DNA of 63,995 bases, counting the filler, from Phoronis australis (Eukaryota; Animalia; Phoronida), in the NCBI GenBank assembly GCA_002633005.1. It is 4 parts of 4 records of this genome, joined end to end, with 100 filler letters (N's around TTAATTAATTAA, not from the genome) between each part and the next. Parts side by side here need not be neighbours in the genome. Positions count along the whole stretch, not along the records: positions 41,637 to 63,995 come from NMRA01001333.1; 3 more parts are not named here. One strand, given 5' to 3'. A program made the translations under genes and the position numbers. Numbering within the stretch: position 1 is the stretch's first letter; each line of letters opens with the position of its first letter. Below are positions 49,869-63,575 of this stretch, one piece after another. The notes beneath the pieces were generated by a model that saw only the letters and a list, made by a program, of their open reading frames with translations, was not told the DNA's origin and searched no databases.

Positions 49869-50771
49869 AGGGAAAAGTAACCTTTTTACATGTCATTTTT
49901 AGCAAAAATAAGGTTCTTTGATTGTCCCAGACATATTTTTCACTTAATTGCAGCTTTTCTTAATTTAATTAATTATTCGACCTTTACTACGGAAGTGACG
50001 TTTTGGGAGGCAAGAATTTTGTGCCAATTTCTTTTCACATAGTGCGACTGTGAGAGCTGTCGAGTCAGTCATTGTTATACCTCGGCTGTGATAAGTTCGG
50101 TAGTCATTTGCTTTTGCTTACGAGTCAGCTGACATGCCACACTGTTGCTGCGTCCCGGGATGTACTCATTACTGCCCAGAGCCTGTAAGCAGCTCTGCTG
50201 CGATATTGAGTAGAGAGAGTAAATACAGGTCCCGTTTGACAACCAGTGAAGAGGACAGTTCGTTGTCCAATGAATAGATCGATGAGCCAAACTTTGATAA
50301 GTTTATTGAGGACTTGTCTAAAGTATTGGAACTATTTAGAAGGTGCCAGGTGTGTGGCGAGGGAGTCGCACCGTGGGATGTTATAAAGCAGTTTGTGTGC
50401 TCAGGTCACCATCCAGTGGGAGTGTGTCGCGGGACACTTGGGCAAGTGGGACAATTGTTCCTCTGTCCATGAGATGATACATCTCAGCACGCAGCAACAG
50501 TGTGCCATGTTGACTGACTCGTAAACAAAAGCCAATGTTGACCGAACTAATCACAACAGAGGTAGAACAATGACTGACTCGGCAGCTCTCACAGTCAGAC
50601 TGTATGAAAAGAAATTGGCTCGAAATGCTTGCCTCCCAAAACGTCACTTCCGGAGTAAAGGACGAGTAATTGTTTAAATTACAAAAAGCTGTAATTAAAT
50701 GAAAAATATGTCAGGGATAATCAACGAACTTTTCTTGCTAAAAATGATATGAAAAAAGGTTGCCTTCGCCT
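49869..50771 (+). mobile_element. Kolobok-like non-autonomous element with ~285-bp TIRs
   Basis: Termini are TTAA|AGG and CCT|TTGA. 49869-50153 is inverted at about 50490-50771. The core encodes DKFIEDLSKVLELFRRCQVCGEGV...AQVTIQWECVAGHLGKWD. Confidence 0.7.
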
Positions 50772-51926
50772 TTGAAATGGCACTTATTTCAATACCAAGG
50801 TAAGCAAAAACCAAAATGATGAAAAAATGACCCATACTAATGGAACATATGAGCACAGCCCTCCCATGCCAGCAAAATCAGGATTTCTAACTTACAAGAG
50901 ATGCTGGCAGACTCAAACAATCAATAGTCGATAAAATACTGACTGCAGTTTCAGACTGGTCAATAACAGTCAAATCAAAATCCAAATGTCTGGTTAACGC
51001 ACCATTATTTACACACTAAACCATAACTACTTTAGTATGCACTGTAAATCAGAAATCCAAACAGACAGCTTACAAAATGGTACAAAAGGAAAACGGTTAA
51101 ATAAAAATGATACCCTCGAGTAGGTGTCATGTTTGACAAAGTTTCCTCTCAGATATTTTATAGGTAAATTCTTGGATTGAGAGAGCACTGGAGCAGATAG
51201 TTGCAATTATTTCCCTTCGATAACCCGTATGTACAACATGGGGTCTGTTTCATGAAAATAGCTTTTAAGTCTTAAAAGACTTAATACGTAGGAAATTTGG
51301 TCTCTCTCAGAAATATTTGTATGGAGTGCAAGACAAAAGCCACTTTTCATGAAGCAGAACTGGAGCTTACTCATTTATTCAAAAATATACTTATCGACAG
51401 AACTGCACCAAATCAACTATTTAACAATACAAAGGGTAAATAATACACTGCAGTTTACAGGTGGGACATTTTAGGACTACTGACTGCGAACCAAAATTAA
51501 GCTGATGTTCAGGATTTCAGGCCTTTTGTGCAATATTTCACATATGTTTTAGCAAAATACCTCATTCTCATTCTCAGGGAATGTCAAATATGAAATATAT
51601 ACCGTGAAGTGATAAAAAAAAATTTAGTATTGGAACTTAAATATAAAACATATTTTCATATTCCTTTTTTTTCCTTTCAGAAAATTTGCACTTTTACTAG
51701 TTGACAAAGCTACAAGTTGGAATGTAAGCCACTAAGTAAGGTATGAAATAACCTTAAAGTAAATACAATGGAGGTTAAAACCAACATCAGCAGTCTACTG
51801 ATGGCATACAGGCCAGCCAATGTCCTGTTAAGATGAAACAGCGAACCAAGTTCAATCTCAGATGCTCATAATTCACCAGAAGCTGTAGGTTTAAAACTGG
51901 CCAACTTTCAGAAGAACAGTGGCAGC

Positions 51927-52007
51927 AAAAGTGAAGGTTAACTTGTACTTTAAAGTACCTTGTGCAAAGTGAAGGTTAACTTGTACTTTAAAGTACCTTG
52001 TGCAAAG
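51927..52007. repeat. 38-bp direct tandem duplication
   Basis: AAAGTGAAGGTTAACTTGTACTTTAAAGTACCTTGTGC occurs twice in tandem. Confidence 0.9.
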
Positions 52008-55000
52008 AATGTCCAATCCTAATCCTATTGCTGGCCTTTCACTGAAAACTAGAATTTAATAGAATGTTCCATAAAATAAAGGATCCGTGTATGTGCAACA
52101 CAAAGCCTCTATAGCGTGTAAAAGTTGAAGCCTACTCCATATGTAGCTTGTAGGTCTCTATACTCACCAACAAATAGTTGAAGCTAAGTAAATATTCAGG
52201 TATTCACAATCAATAGAGATATCACAATAAACATTTGAGGTGTTCCAGTCTGTAGGACTGAGCTAGGTATTTTGAAATATGAATACACCCTCAATGCTTA
52301 ATAATAGTCAAAAAGCAGAACACCGCAACCTGCTAAATGAAGTGAAAAATAACAGCTTTTGTTCGTCTCACCTGTGGTCCAAGTATTGATTCATTTGTAT
52401 GTTATTTTTTCACATGACAAATTCTGCGATGAAGAAAAGCAATCACTTGGTGAGACCGTGAAACCAAAAGGAAATTTTCTATTTACTATCTAAAAAGCAA
52501 ATTAAATGCAGCTACTCAGTGACACAAAATGTCTCTCAAACCTCAACATATGACAAATTGATGTCTCAGACAGAAAACTAAAGCATCAGCAAGTAAAACA
52601 ACAGTGCCAGAATGTTAACTCTTCAGAAAGCTGGGCTGCATCATATCAGTAGCAGGGAAACCAACTGACACCATAGCAACAACAATTCTGAGACCAGTTT
52701 CTGAGGTTATGCACAACCACAGCAAATTAAAAGGAATTGAGCAATTACGTAATACCAGATATGAGCATAATTAAACCAATGTGCCTGTATGTGCCCAGTA
52801 AAACACTCCAGTAAAACCAAATTATTACGATAGGGCCTTTCATACTAACGTCGATGCGTCGGTGTTTTGGGGAGTTGCGGTCAGTATGAACGCTTAACTT
52901 TGGTCCTGGATCGCAGTTAACGGGTCCAGTTAACTTCACAGAAAACAGGTGGATTTGAGAGCTTAGGGTCGACGCTGTGGTACAGTATGAACAGTCAACT
53001 TCAGTCCCATCGAAGTTATCACCAGATCCCACTGTTATCGTTACCAATTACAGGGTAATGCCATCGCTAATAGTTGCTTATATTTTGCTCTAGTAATCAC
53101 CAATCGAATTAAAAATAAGTTTTATGTCAATTAGCAGATGTAAATGGTGGTACATACTGTATTTTGACAACAGTCTTCCAACAGTTAGCTGGCTGGCTAC
53201 GCAAGATGATATGTCATCCAACACAGTAACTACATTTTAATTAAAATTGCATACTGTCTTCTGTGTTAGTGCCAATCAGATTCAAAATCTCGCCTTCTCT
53301 TGTTTTACTCATAATCGGCATGATATTTTCTTTTTTTCCACCGCAGTTTGCTGACTCCCTCTGAAAAACTGCATTATTGTTATGCTTGACAAATGAAAAC
53401 GAGAACACCCAAGACGATAGCACGTGCACCAGTCGTGCACAAGTCTACATGCGTATCATGATTCTACCTCGTGCATGGACTAAAACAGTTTTCAAGGGAT
53501 GGGATAATGCTCATTGTCTTGCCAGAGGAGAAACGCTGTGCTGTACTGCTAAATCATATGGCTGAACAAAACTACGGAAAAAGCATTTGCACCTGGAATT
53601 GGAAATCTCGTGGCCGCACTAAATAGACTCTATACATGTATGATCAATCTAGCTGAAAGTTGTGATATTTTAGTTTGCTAATAACAATAACAAGGACAAT
53701 CACTTTAATTTTTATGTGTTTTCAATGCTGTTATTTATAAAATAATCTTGGCTAAAATTACACAGTACAATAAGAAGTCAGTTCCAAGAAATATGATATT
53801 TAAGTTGCTGTGAGCACATGGACCGGTCTAACGCCTTTCCCCCCTTTTTCTTCGTTTCGGACTAGTACACCTTAGTGCAGGACCCACCACACGACCCGCT
53901 CACTGTGACCATTTGTCCAATCGAATTGCATAACGGTTAACATCTACTGACTTGGTAGGAGCACACTGCGCCGATGTTTTTTATTGCTGGAGGGAGCATA
54001 GACACGCGGACCAAACTTAACCTTGAATTCACGATAAAAGCCGCACGGTGGGGGGGAGAGAAAATTTATTCATCTTCATATAGAAAACAATAGAGTACTT
54101 TTGCGTTCTGAAAATTCGCTCGCCATCTGGGCAACTGGCAAGTGAACTTCTACTGGCCCAGCACCATTTTTTCTCGCATTGGCGACTGGGCGAGTGGCTA
54201 AGTATATCCCTGGAGTTTGAAGCTGAAATTGACAAAAAAAAATTCTATTACCACCTTCAGTGTCATGTCTGTTTTCTGGAAACAAAAATCAAATATCGTC
54301 AAATACTTTCAATATCACAGAACAGCCAACACAAACTAAATGAAAAAGACTTGATTTCACAGAACAAATTTGCTCACAACAGTGATTTTCCCTTCAAGCA
54401 ACAGCCAGGATTATTCAGTGATTTAAACCATGGCAAAATCAAGTTAAAAATAGACAAGCATATTAACTGAAAATATTGCCAATATATAATATTGTTGTGA
54501 GGAAAGAAACAATAAATGCCACCAGGCGACACTACACCTGCATGTTTATGCCTATGATGTATCACATTGACCACAAAAGGTAGAAAACACGGCCAATTAA
54601 ACCAGATCTGTCGAGACTTGTCGCATATGAGACACAACAGAGTTCCTACAGTACAATCCTGAAAATTCATACTATTCAATTTTGTTTTAACAATATTTAA
54701 TAAAAGTATTGTCAATAAACACTAAGTTATCAGAATAACTCATGTAAGAGAAATGGATGACTAGTCGGCACATGCGTAGTCACAGTGATTATCTGTTCTA
54801 ACAAGAAAGGTCTCCTTCTCTGAAAATAGATATCATCAATATGACTTGGTTGAGCCGAGAGTTATGCTTGAAAAAAAAACCACATCAACATGTGTGGCAT
54901 GCTCACACCACAAATCGGTGTTCCAGCGACCAAAGTGGGAAGTGAACTACATACTTTAGGCGCAAGTTTTGGTGCTCTGAAATGAGTACGATTATGGTAT

Positions 55001-55475
55001 ACATGCTAGTGTTGGCCACATATGGAAATAAATCATTTGGATGGCTGCGAATGGAGTTTTGAAGTCAATTTTGCACTTCATGAATGACTTTCCTTGAGCG
55101 TACCCAAGAGAAAACTACAAAAGAAAATCTAAAGAATTCACAAACAAAGGACAAATCCCAGATGAGGTCCATTTTAATAGCTTTAAAAAGATCTAAGCAG
55201 GAATTAATATAAAGTGGATTGTTCCTCAAAAGAAAAATCAATAAGATACAAAGATTGGTTTGGGAGACACATGGAGATTCTTATTGAATAATCTCGTTAA
55301 TTGACTAGACTCACCAACACCTGGGAGAACTATATATCCTGTAATTGACAGATCAGAGGCTGTACTAATATGGGATGGATTTAATATAGGCTGGACTTAT
55401 GTAATATGAATTGTGCACAGGTAGAGCACCAATGTCAGAAATCCGAAGAAGGGTATTAAAACAGAGCAAAATGGA

Positions 55476-58400
55476 ACAAGCACAACGTGGAGCATTGAAA
55501 TTCGCCTACGATAGCACTGCAAATGGTGTGGTTCTATGGGTGTTTAAGGTATCATGCAAATGGCCATTAGATGGGACAAAATGTGTCAAAGCCATGCGAA
55601 TTGAGAAGGTGGCGTTGTCTCTGTAATACACAACTATTTGCCAAATTTAATGAAAATATGCCAAGGAACTCCTAAGATATAGAGGCAAATGAAAAAAATG
55701 ACACTAGGGGGCACAGCTATAGTCAGATTGGTCTGAAACTCATCGTCCTCTGTTGCCATCTCTTTCGAAGCCCATCTGCCAAAATTTGCAAAGATCCTTC
55801 AAAGGGTTAAGGAGATACAGCCATACATGCAAAAAGGAAAAATTGACCTACGGAGCGCCAGAATGGCTAAAACATCCGTAAATCAATGTCAGTCAGGGTC
55901 TTCACATCAGGAACACAATTTTCATTTGGCAGATAGAGATGAGAGGCAGACATCAAAAACACGCGAAAATACTTAAATGGCCACCAGGTGATGTAAAAAA
56001 CGACAAATCTGTCCTAAAATGGGAAAGCATTGTCATCTCCTTAATAGAAACCTATCTGCGGAATTTCATGAACTCCGAAGATACAGAGAAAAATGTAAGA
56101 AAATGCTATTAAGGGGGACAGTAGTATTTAGATTACATCTTGACATTTGTTAACGTTTGTCATTGGCTCCATAGGAACACATCTTTCAAATTTCACAAAG
56201 CTCTTACAAAGAGTTAAGATTTTGTCTCAGACGCAAAAAACAAAATCACCACTAGTTGGATAAGTCAACATCAGTCATGGCCTTCTCTTTAGGAACATAA
56301 CTGCAAATTCTCATAATGATCATTTAAGCGCTTAAGGCAGACATGGAGGTGGACGTCAGAAAACGGATGTAAAAATAACAAAAAGGGCCACCAGGTAGCG
56401 CAGAAAAATCAAATCTGTCCGAAACTGAAATGGAAAGATGTCGCCTCCTTAGTAGAAGCCTATTTGCCGAATTTCATGAAAAAACATTTACTAAAATTCG
56501 AAGACACAGAGGCAAAAGTAAAAAAAAACATTTTGTCACTAGGGGACACAGTGGTATCTGGATCAGTTCGACACTTGTTACCATTTGTCAATGGCTCCAT
56601 AGGACTACATCTGTCAAATTTGATAATTTCTAATTTTCACAACCAGGAAAGCATAATACCTTGACAGTTATTGGCATGTGTTTATGACAAGTTTTCAGGG
56701 TTAATTAGCTTAGGTGTTTACGGTACATGTTTAGTTTAAAGTTATTAATTGTTGCCTCTTGACATATGTTTGGGATTTACTCTTCGAACCACCTCGGGGG
56801 GGGTTTTATTCATACACAATATAACCTACAACAGTTTCGGCTACTATCAGCAGTCATCTTCCCAAGTTATTGGGCACTAGGTGGTGTGGTGGTCAGGGTG
56901 CTCCAAAGGTTAGACAACTTATACCCTCCATTGTCTCTGTTCAGGACTGAGTCACTTTTTCTGATCCAGATAGACTCTCCGTCTAGATCATAAGAGATTC
57001 CATCTGGGTCAGAAAAAGTGGCTCAGTCACGAACAGTGACAATGGAGGGTATGAGTTGTCTAAAATTTGGAATAGCCTGATCACCACGCCACCTAGTGTC
57101 CAATAACTTCGGAAGATGGCTGCTGAAAGAAGCCAAAACTGTCATACCATGAATAATACACTTACAAGAAAGTCACGCATTTCTAAACATACGCGGGAAT
57201 TTTCACCACTCGTCCTTCTGAGCGGCTTTTATCAGGATCAAAGAGATTGCGGCGCCGGAGTCAGGAACAGTTGTAATGACCGCATTGTGTAATTACTCGA
57301 CCATAAACTGTAACATATGGCGAATTTTCAAAATGCATTAATCACTAATTTTCGTTAAAAATGGATACCACGGTGGTATTCAGCTGAAAAAAAGCAGTAC
57401 AGTTTTCGATTTTTAAAAATCGATGAACTAATAATCTAAAAACTACAACCATTGGGTACGATTGAAGACAAACCATTGACTTCCACATGTATTGATATAC
57501 TCGGTGGACTATGTACAAACACTGATCAGAGTTAACAATATTACATGGATTCATTTTTTAATACTCTTTCAATCTCGTTTAACCAGATTTTTGACCAGAA
57601 AACAGTTGCACTTAACTTGCGCCCACTTTTCATTTTTTATTACTGACAAAGAGCTAGAATAGTTATATAGTTAGTGCCACCAAAATTGTTCAGAGATTCC
57701 AAATCTTCAGTTTGGTTATCATCATATTTGCACTTTTGTATATATTTTATAATTTGAGTTCTAATAAAGATTGAACTTTAATGACACGTGAAATGTTTAG
57801 TGTACCTGTAATGTGGAAAGTTTAGGGATGGGCTCACAAAATCTACCATGACTGTTTTGGTACTTCAAGTTTAAAACTTAGATAAAAAGATATCAACCCA
57901 TTTCCAGTAAGAAAAAAAAAACAAAACAAGTGGGCAGGAGCATTAAAAATTAAAAAACGAAAACCAATATGAAACATATCGTTCCTTTGGGAAGTGGCCC
58001 TTTGTGAAGATTAACACAAGTTAACCTGTTAAGTCATTTTGTCATATTTATAATGTACCAAGTTAAAACTACTCTCCAGACTTGCAGGCTGTAACTCAGC
58101 AAATGTCAGTGAAAAACAATTTGGGTGTAATGACAACCACCATTGTTGAGGCAGTAATGCTAACTATTACTTTTCCACTTCATTAGCTTAGATCTACATC
58201 AATACAAAGGGCGTGCTGAATAGGCATCCTGTAAAAGTCCTTTGGGGCTAAGGGAATCTGAGAATTTCTCCACATGTCAAGGTATTATGCTTTCCTGGTT
58301 GTGAAAATAAGAAACTATCAATTTATGAAATTATTTAGCGATCTTTCAAATTTCACAAAACTCCTCTAAAGGGTTAAGGCGATTCGGTTTCAGATGCAAG

Positions 58401-58892
58401 ATCACCACAAGGGGTCGAGACACAGTAGTCGGACCCGTCCGAAAGTCAACTTCAGTCGTGGCCTTCTCATCAGCAACACATCTGTAAATTTTCATTATGA
58501 TCCTTTGAGCGGTATGGCAGATAGAGAGGTAGACACCTGAAAACGGACACAAAAATAACAAAAATGGCCACAAGATGGCGTAAAATCCATCAAATCCGTC
58601 TGAAAATGATATGGCATCATTGTCTCCATATTAAAAACCTATTGGCCAAATTTCATTAAAATCCGTCAAGGAGATCCAAACAGAGGCAAAGATAAAAGGT
58701 AAAATTGCCACAAGGCTACAGTGGTATGTAGGTCAGTCCGAAATTCGTCGTCATCTATCACCAGTCACATGGAAACATACCTGCCATATTTCAATAAGAT
58801 CATGCAAGGGGTTTAGGAGATACAGCCGCGGACGCACGGACGGCTAGACAGAGATGGTGGCAATATGCGCCCACATATAAATAAGGGCGCAT
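55476..58892 (-). mobile_element. Diverged HINE-like element (55476-56640 and 58343-58892) split by other sequence
   Basis: Has a stem-loop/subTIR end, CAACGTGGAGCATTGAAATTCGCC, and CCAC(T/C)AGG-anchored repeats. A GGAC tract and ATGCGCCCACATAT..GGGCGCATAAAAA end lie at 58830-58897. Confidence 0.6.
56830..57143. repeat. Foldback palindrome (arms ~145 bp), probably a MITE
   Basis: 56830-56978 is an imperfect reverse complement of 56993-57143, for example ACTTTTTCTGATCCAGAT and ATCTGGGTCAGAAAAAGT. Confidence 0.85.
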
Positions 58893-59214
58893 AAAAAGTA
58901 ACAGAGCGTGTAATAAAAAATACTGAAAATTAAATATTACATGATGCATCATCGTAACATACACATTTGAACCCGTGTAGTTATGTAAACTTTGAAAAGC
59001 ATAATGATGTTCGTCTTGAATTATTTGAAAGTTTTGTTTATTGTGCAGTCAATCTCATTTCACCTCACTGTTTGGGCTATATACCCAGTGCATCTATTTT
59101 TTCACTTCTGTAGGCCATCATTTGTGAATTCCCATTTACCTTTCAATGTCCAACGGTATTAGGCCAGGTAAAAACACCAATGTTTACCATATCATCTCAG
59201 GCTCATCTAAAACA

Positions 59215-59636
59215 AGGAGCCACATCAACTTTTGATCCAGAGCAACTGACACGGAGCAACTTGATCCATGTCAAGTGGTCGTTTACACACGCAATTTCAT
59301 TAACTGTGGCAAGACGGAAATTGTACGGTGGAGAGTGGAATGCACAAGCGCAGGTTTTCAAATACCAGGAGTTGCAGAGACAGAAAGCCTGTATGCAGGT
59401 CATTGCACAAGCGCAGTAGATATGATCCTTTCCGTCTTGCCCTAGTTTCACGTTCAGACATATAATTGACACGGAGCAAGATGTTCGAGCGCAAATTGCT
59501 CCACCTCAAAACGATGACGGGTGGCAAAAGTTGTCACCGCGGTTTCAATTTGCTCCATGTCAGTCCCGTTTACATACTGGAACATCTCGTTCCGTGTTAG
59601 CTGATCCATGTCAACTTTTGTAGTGTAAATGGCACT
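59215..59636. mobile_element. MITE-like element built of TGACACGGAGCA / TGCTCCATGTCA motifs
   Basis: The motif recurs in both orientations. GTTTACAC and GTGTAAATGGCAC are possible termini. Confidence 0.4.
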
Positions 59637-61479
59637 ATGTTACCAGACACTTGAAATTCCGAAGTGGTGTCAAAGACCCCTCCAGACAAAATCTGCCACC
59701 TGAGCCTCTGTCTGCAGAAAGACTATTGGCTCATGGACATTAGCCTCGTGGCATACAGACAATAAGCATCATTTAATCTAATTTTGTTTCAGTTCATTTT
59801 CAAACTGTGAAGGCGTGCTTTCAAAGATGGAAACAAAATTTGATAACTTACTTGTGCTGAGCATACCGCATACAAATCGGTGACAATGCATTTTTAAAAC
59901 AGCTTTGGTGAGGCTTCGTTCTAATTAAATTTGCATTTGAAATGATGCTTACCACAGTAATAGTCAGCCATGGACTTAGATTCTGTGCCACAAGTTTTAA
60001 GCCATGTTTACTCAATAACAAAGATGCCTGACATTGTTCAAGTGACAATTTTCCATTCATGGCAATTATGAGACCAACCTATGACAAAGAGCATTATACA
60101 AGGATTGGCTAACAATTCTATGACCTTTCAAGTTAGAAACCATGACTGTACACTGTACAATCATGATGGTGACATTCCATACTCTCTGCTGCGAGTATTT
60201 CCCCAATCTGCAAAACGACTTTTTCATGACGTCTGCAAAACAATTTTTTTCAATAAAATATCGATCCGCACATATTTTGGCATGAATACAAACCACAAGC
60301 ATAATGATCTTTTTTTCCTGGCTTCACAATACATACCTTCCATTTCTCGGAACGACAAGAAGTAAGAAGTTCTGTTGTCACCCAAAATGTATTCCTAGTC
60401 CCATGCACCATGTGGTCTACATAAAATGTTTAACAGTAGTGGCACACCTTTGAATACCCTGAATTATTTATCTATCAGTAAGTTATGTTATCTACCCTAT
60501 GGATCTTTGAAGTGATCAGGTACCATCATTGGGGTTCACAAGCAAAGGTTGCCAGTTTGCACATACTTACCCAGCACAAACATCACAATTTGTGAGGTTC
60601 CCAAATGGGGTCCTCGACATGTTCAAAAATACCAAGGTTTTAGGTAATTTAAACAACCATTCAGGAAGGAATATTGATATATGTACAATAAAAATAAGCA
60701 GAAATAACTTAACCAAGGAACCACAGCATGGGTTATTCCCTTTGAATTACAGGATTTTGCGTATCATGGGGAACATGATGCAAATAGAAGAGTTACAATT
60801 CATTTTAGGCAAACACCCAAAAAAATTTGAAAGAGTATACCATTTCATATTAACCTATTAAAAAGATGTGCATCTATCACCATTTCGAGCTTCAAGATAC
60901 CAGCAGTTTATTTATGTTCACTTAAATATTCATAAACTAATTAGTTTCCTTAACTACTGCAACCAGTCACAACTAACTTTCTATGTCTCATTTAAATTCC
61001 GCTTAATAATTAATATTACACTAGTTTGGCACGCACTTATCATTAAAAATAGGGCCCATTTCATAGCACCTTGTAGGCTTTTTCACGTGTAGGCCCTACA
61101 AAGTGTCAAAAAGTAGGTCACACCTGACCAGTTCAGTGTACATTTTTGAAACATATATAAATACCTCCAATGGAGATGTTAAGGCTATAGACAAGAGAAA
61201 AGACAGTGTTGACTACTGATACAACTATTCGGAACTCAAGAGTAACTTTATATGGGGGTGTGCTATCATCTTAAGCAACACAGAGCCCTCAGCTGGCTGG
61301 CTAGGGTCTACTACACTGCCAATCAGTCTCTGCGTTAATTTCATCTCATATACGTAGACCAAATCCGCCCCATCAGAAATACAATTTACACTTAAAATTG
61401 TCACTCAAAAAATGCTTACTTTCTTCAGCAATCCTTTCTAGCTCTATTCATGTCCTTGATGAAGCATGTCTACGGGAAT

Positions 61480-62068
61480 TTAGAAAGTGACCACCGTCCT
61501 ACTGGCACCGCTTCTATAGGCACTGCATACGCTGAAAGCTTTTTGGCGAATTATGTTTCGCACTGACTAAAACATCAATGTCATGTTGTAATAAATACCT
61601 TTTGCGCATATAGGGACACCTTAGGAGGCCGTCGATGTATTTAATTCCTTCAAACTCGAACAAATACTCCCGTTATCAAACATTTTTTCTTCGAGCAGTC
61701 CCTTGTTCAGTTCCCAAAATCAGTAACTTGCTATTTTCACTCTGCACACAACAGGGGATATGATGTCATACCACTAGTGGCGCGCAGTGTTAAAAATGGT
61801 GAGTTATTGATTTTGGGAACTGAACGAGGGACTGCTCGAAGAAAAAGTTTGATAACGGGAGTATTTGTTTGAGTTGGAAGAAATTAAATACATCGACGGC
61901 CTCCTAAGGTGTCCCCCTATGCGTAAAAGGAATTTATAATGACATGACTTTGATGTTTTAGTCACTGCGAGGCACAAGGCACAATTCGCCGAAAAGCTTA
62001 CAAAGCGCCTATAAGGAGCTCTGCTGTCTCTACTGGCAGTACCTGTACAGACATTGGTCACTGTCTAA
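61480..62068. repeat. Long foldback palindrome (arms ~270 bp), probably a MITE
   Basis: For example, GGACACCTTAGGAGGCCGTCGATGTATTTAATT (about 61614) is inverted at 61883-61915. The centre is near 61764. Confidence 0.9.
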
Positions 62069-62275
62069 CCAGAATTAAGATGACTTTGGTGAAGAATACC
62101 AACTCCACATTTTTGGTCACCATTAACTTTCTCACCACGTGTGATAACCACAAAATATTTCAATTGACGTCACACGAGTTTGGCAAGGATAAGCGTGAGA
62201 CTGACAAAGCACGCGACACTTGCAAAAACTTAATTGCATAAGAAGATATCTGATGAAATTTGTACTTAGCAGAAA

Positions 62276-62390
62276 TAGTAGTAGTAGTATTAATCTTTAT
62301 TTAAAAGTCGGTGAGGTTTAACCATGAAACATTAGCACAAGTGCTATTATACAACAAGTTTTAAAAATCTACAAAATGAAAATACAACAG
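62276..62390 (-). mobile_element. Short retroposon 3' end
   Basis: The minus strand reads CCGACTTTTAAATAAAGATTAA followed by a (TAC)n tail. Confidence 0.4.
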
Positions 62391-63575
62391 ACCCGTGTAC
62401 CACCAGAACTGCATTGGACTACTCTGAACACCAGATTTGTAAATTTGTCCAGTTAATTTGCAAATTTTCGCGAACAGAACAAATTTACCCTAAAATACAG
62501 GGGGGGGGGCTCGAATTTTTCGCAGTGGACATTTCGCTAACTAAAAANGTGGACATTTCGCTAACTAAAAGTAAAAAAAACCGGTTCGTTCAGAGCTATG
62601 AATTGTACTTTCGCTGAATTCTTGCCTTTTTAGGAGCCTTTTGTCTCGTTTTCTCAGACTTTTGGTCTCTCTACTTATCCTACTTACTTGTCTCTGAAAC
62701 AGTGTAGTGAATTCAAGGTACCTAAACTACACGGTGAACGGAATCATAAACATGATGGGCATGAACACAACGAATGCATTCACCCAAATACACGGGACAC
62801 GTACTCACATTCACGATGAAACACGGTTAATAGACCGCCAAACACGGTTCACTCCGATAAAGCATGCCAGAACATGGGTCACGGACGGCTTCCTGGTTCA
62901 GCTGACATCTACATTTTGTCCGTAAACTGTGTTTGGCGGTCAATAGGCCTAGGGCCTACATGTCAACACTCAGATCTACATTTTTCACTTGCGGCGGTTT
63001 ATATATTTATACTAATTTATAGGCCTACATATGAAGAACCACTTATCTCTCTTAATGACAACCTTTCCAGAACAAGACATTCCACATTTCCGTGGGTGCC
63101 AGGCGTTGGTGAATAAACTATCATATCTAAAAAGATAAATCACAGAATTTCACTTACTGGGCACTGTTTACTCTTGAACTTCGGTTGTGACAGAATAGAG
63201 TGCCAAGGTAATAAACCTACTTTGAGCTTGCAGAAGTGATGCGACATCTGGCGTGCGTTCAGTAGGCTAACGCCAAGACAGAGAATCCAAGCACTTGACC
63301 TAATTTTCCACATCTGGTAGCACTTATGCCGCTGATTCCCATGTCAGGCACATGGATGGTGCGCGATTTGCCGCCACACATGAGAGTTCATCAACCAATG
63401 AGGATCCGAAGTGTATGTCTAGACCGGGATCCCAGAGCTTTTTTGGGCATGAAAAGGTAACCAATTTTCTTTGGTGCCACAGTGCTCTGAGGGTATCCTG
63501 ATGCTTGGAAATGGCCGTCTAGTGGCAGGTTCGCTCTGGTGGGTGTGGTCAGGGGAGCCAAGAGAATTACACTCA

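Noticed and set aside
62525-62570. 22-bp direct repeat
   Set aside because: It flanks a single N at 62548 and is a typical unmerged contig overlap.
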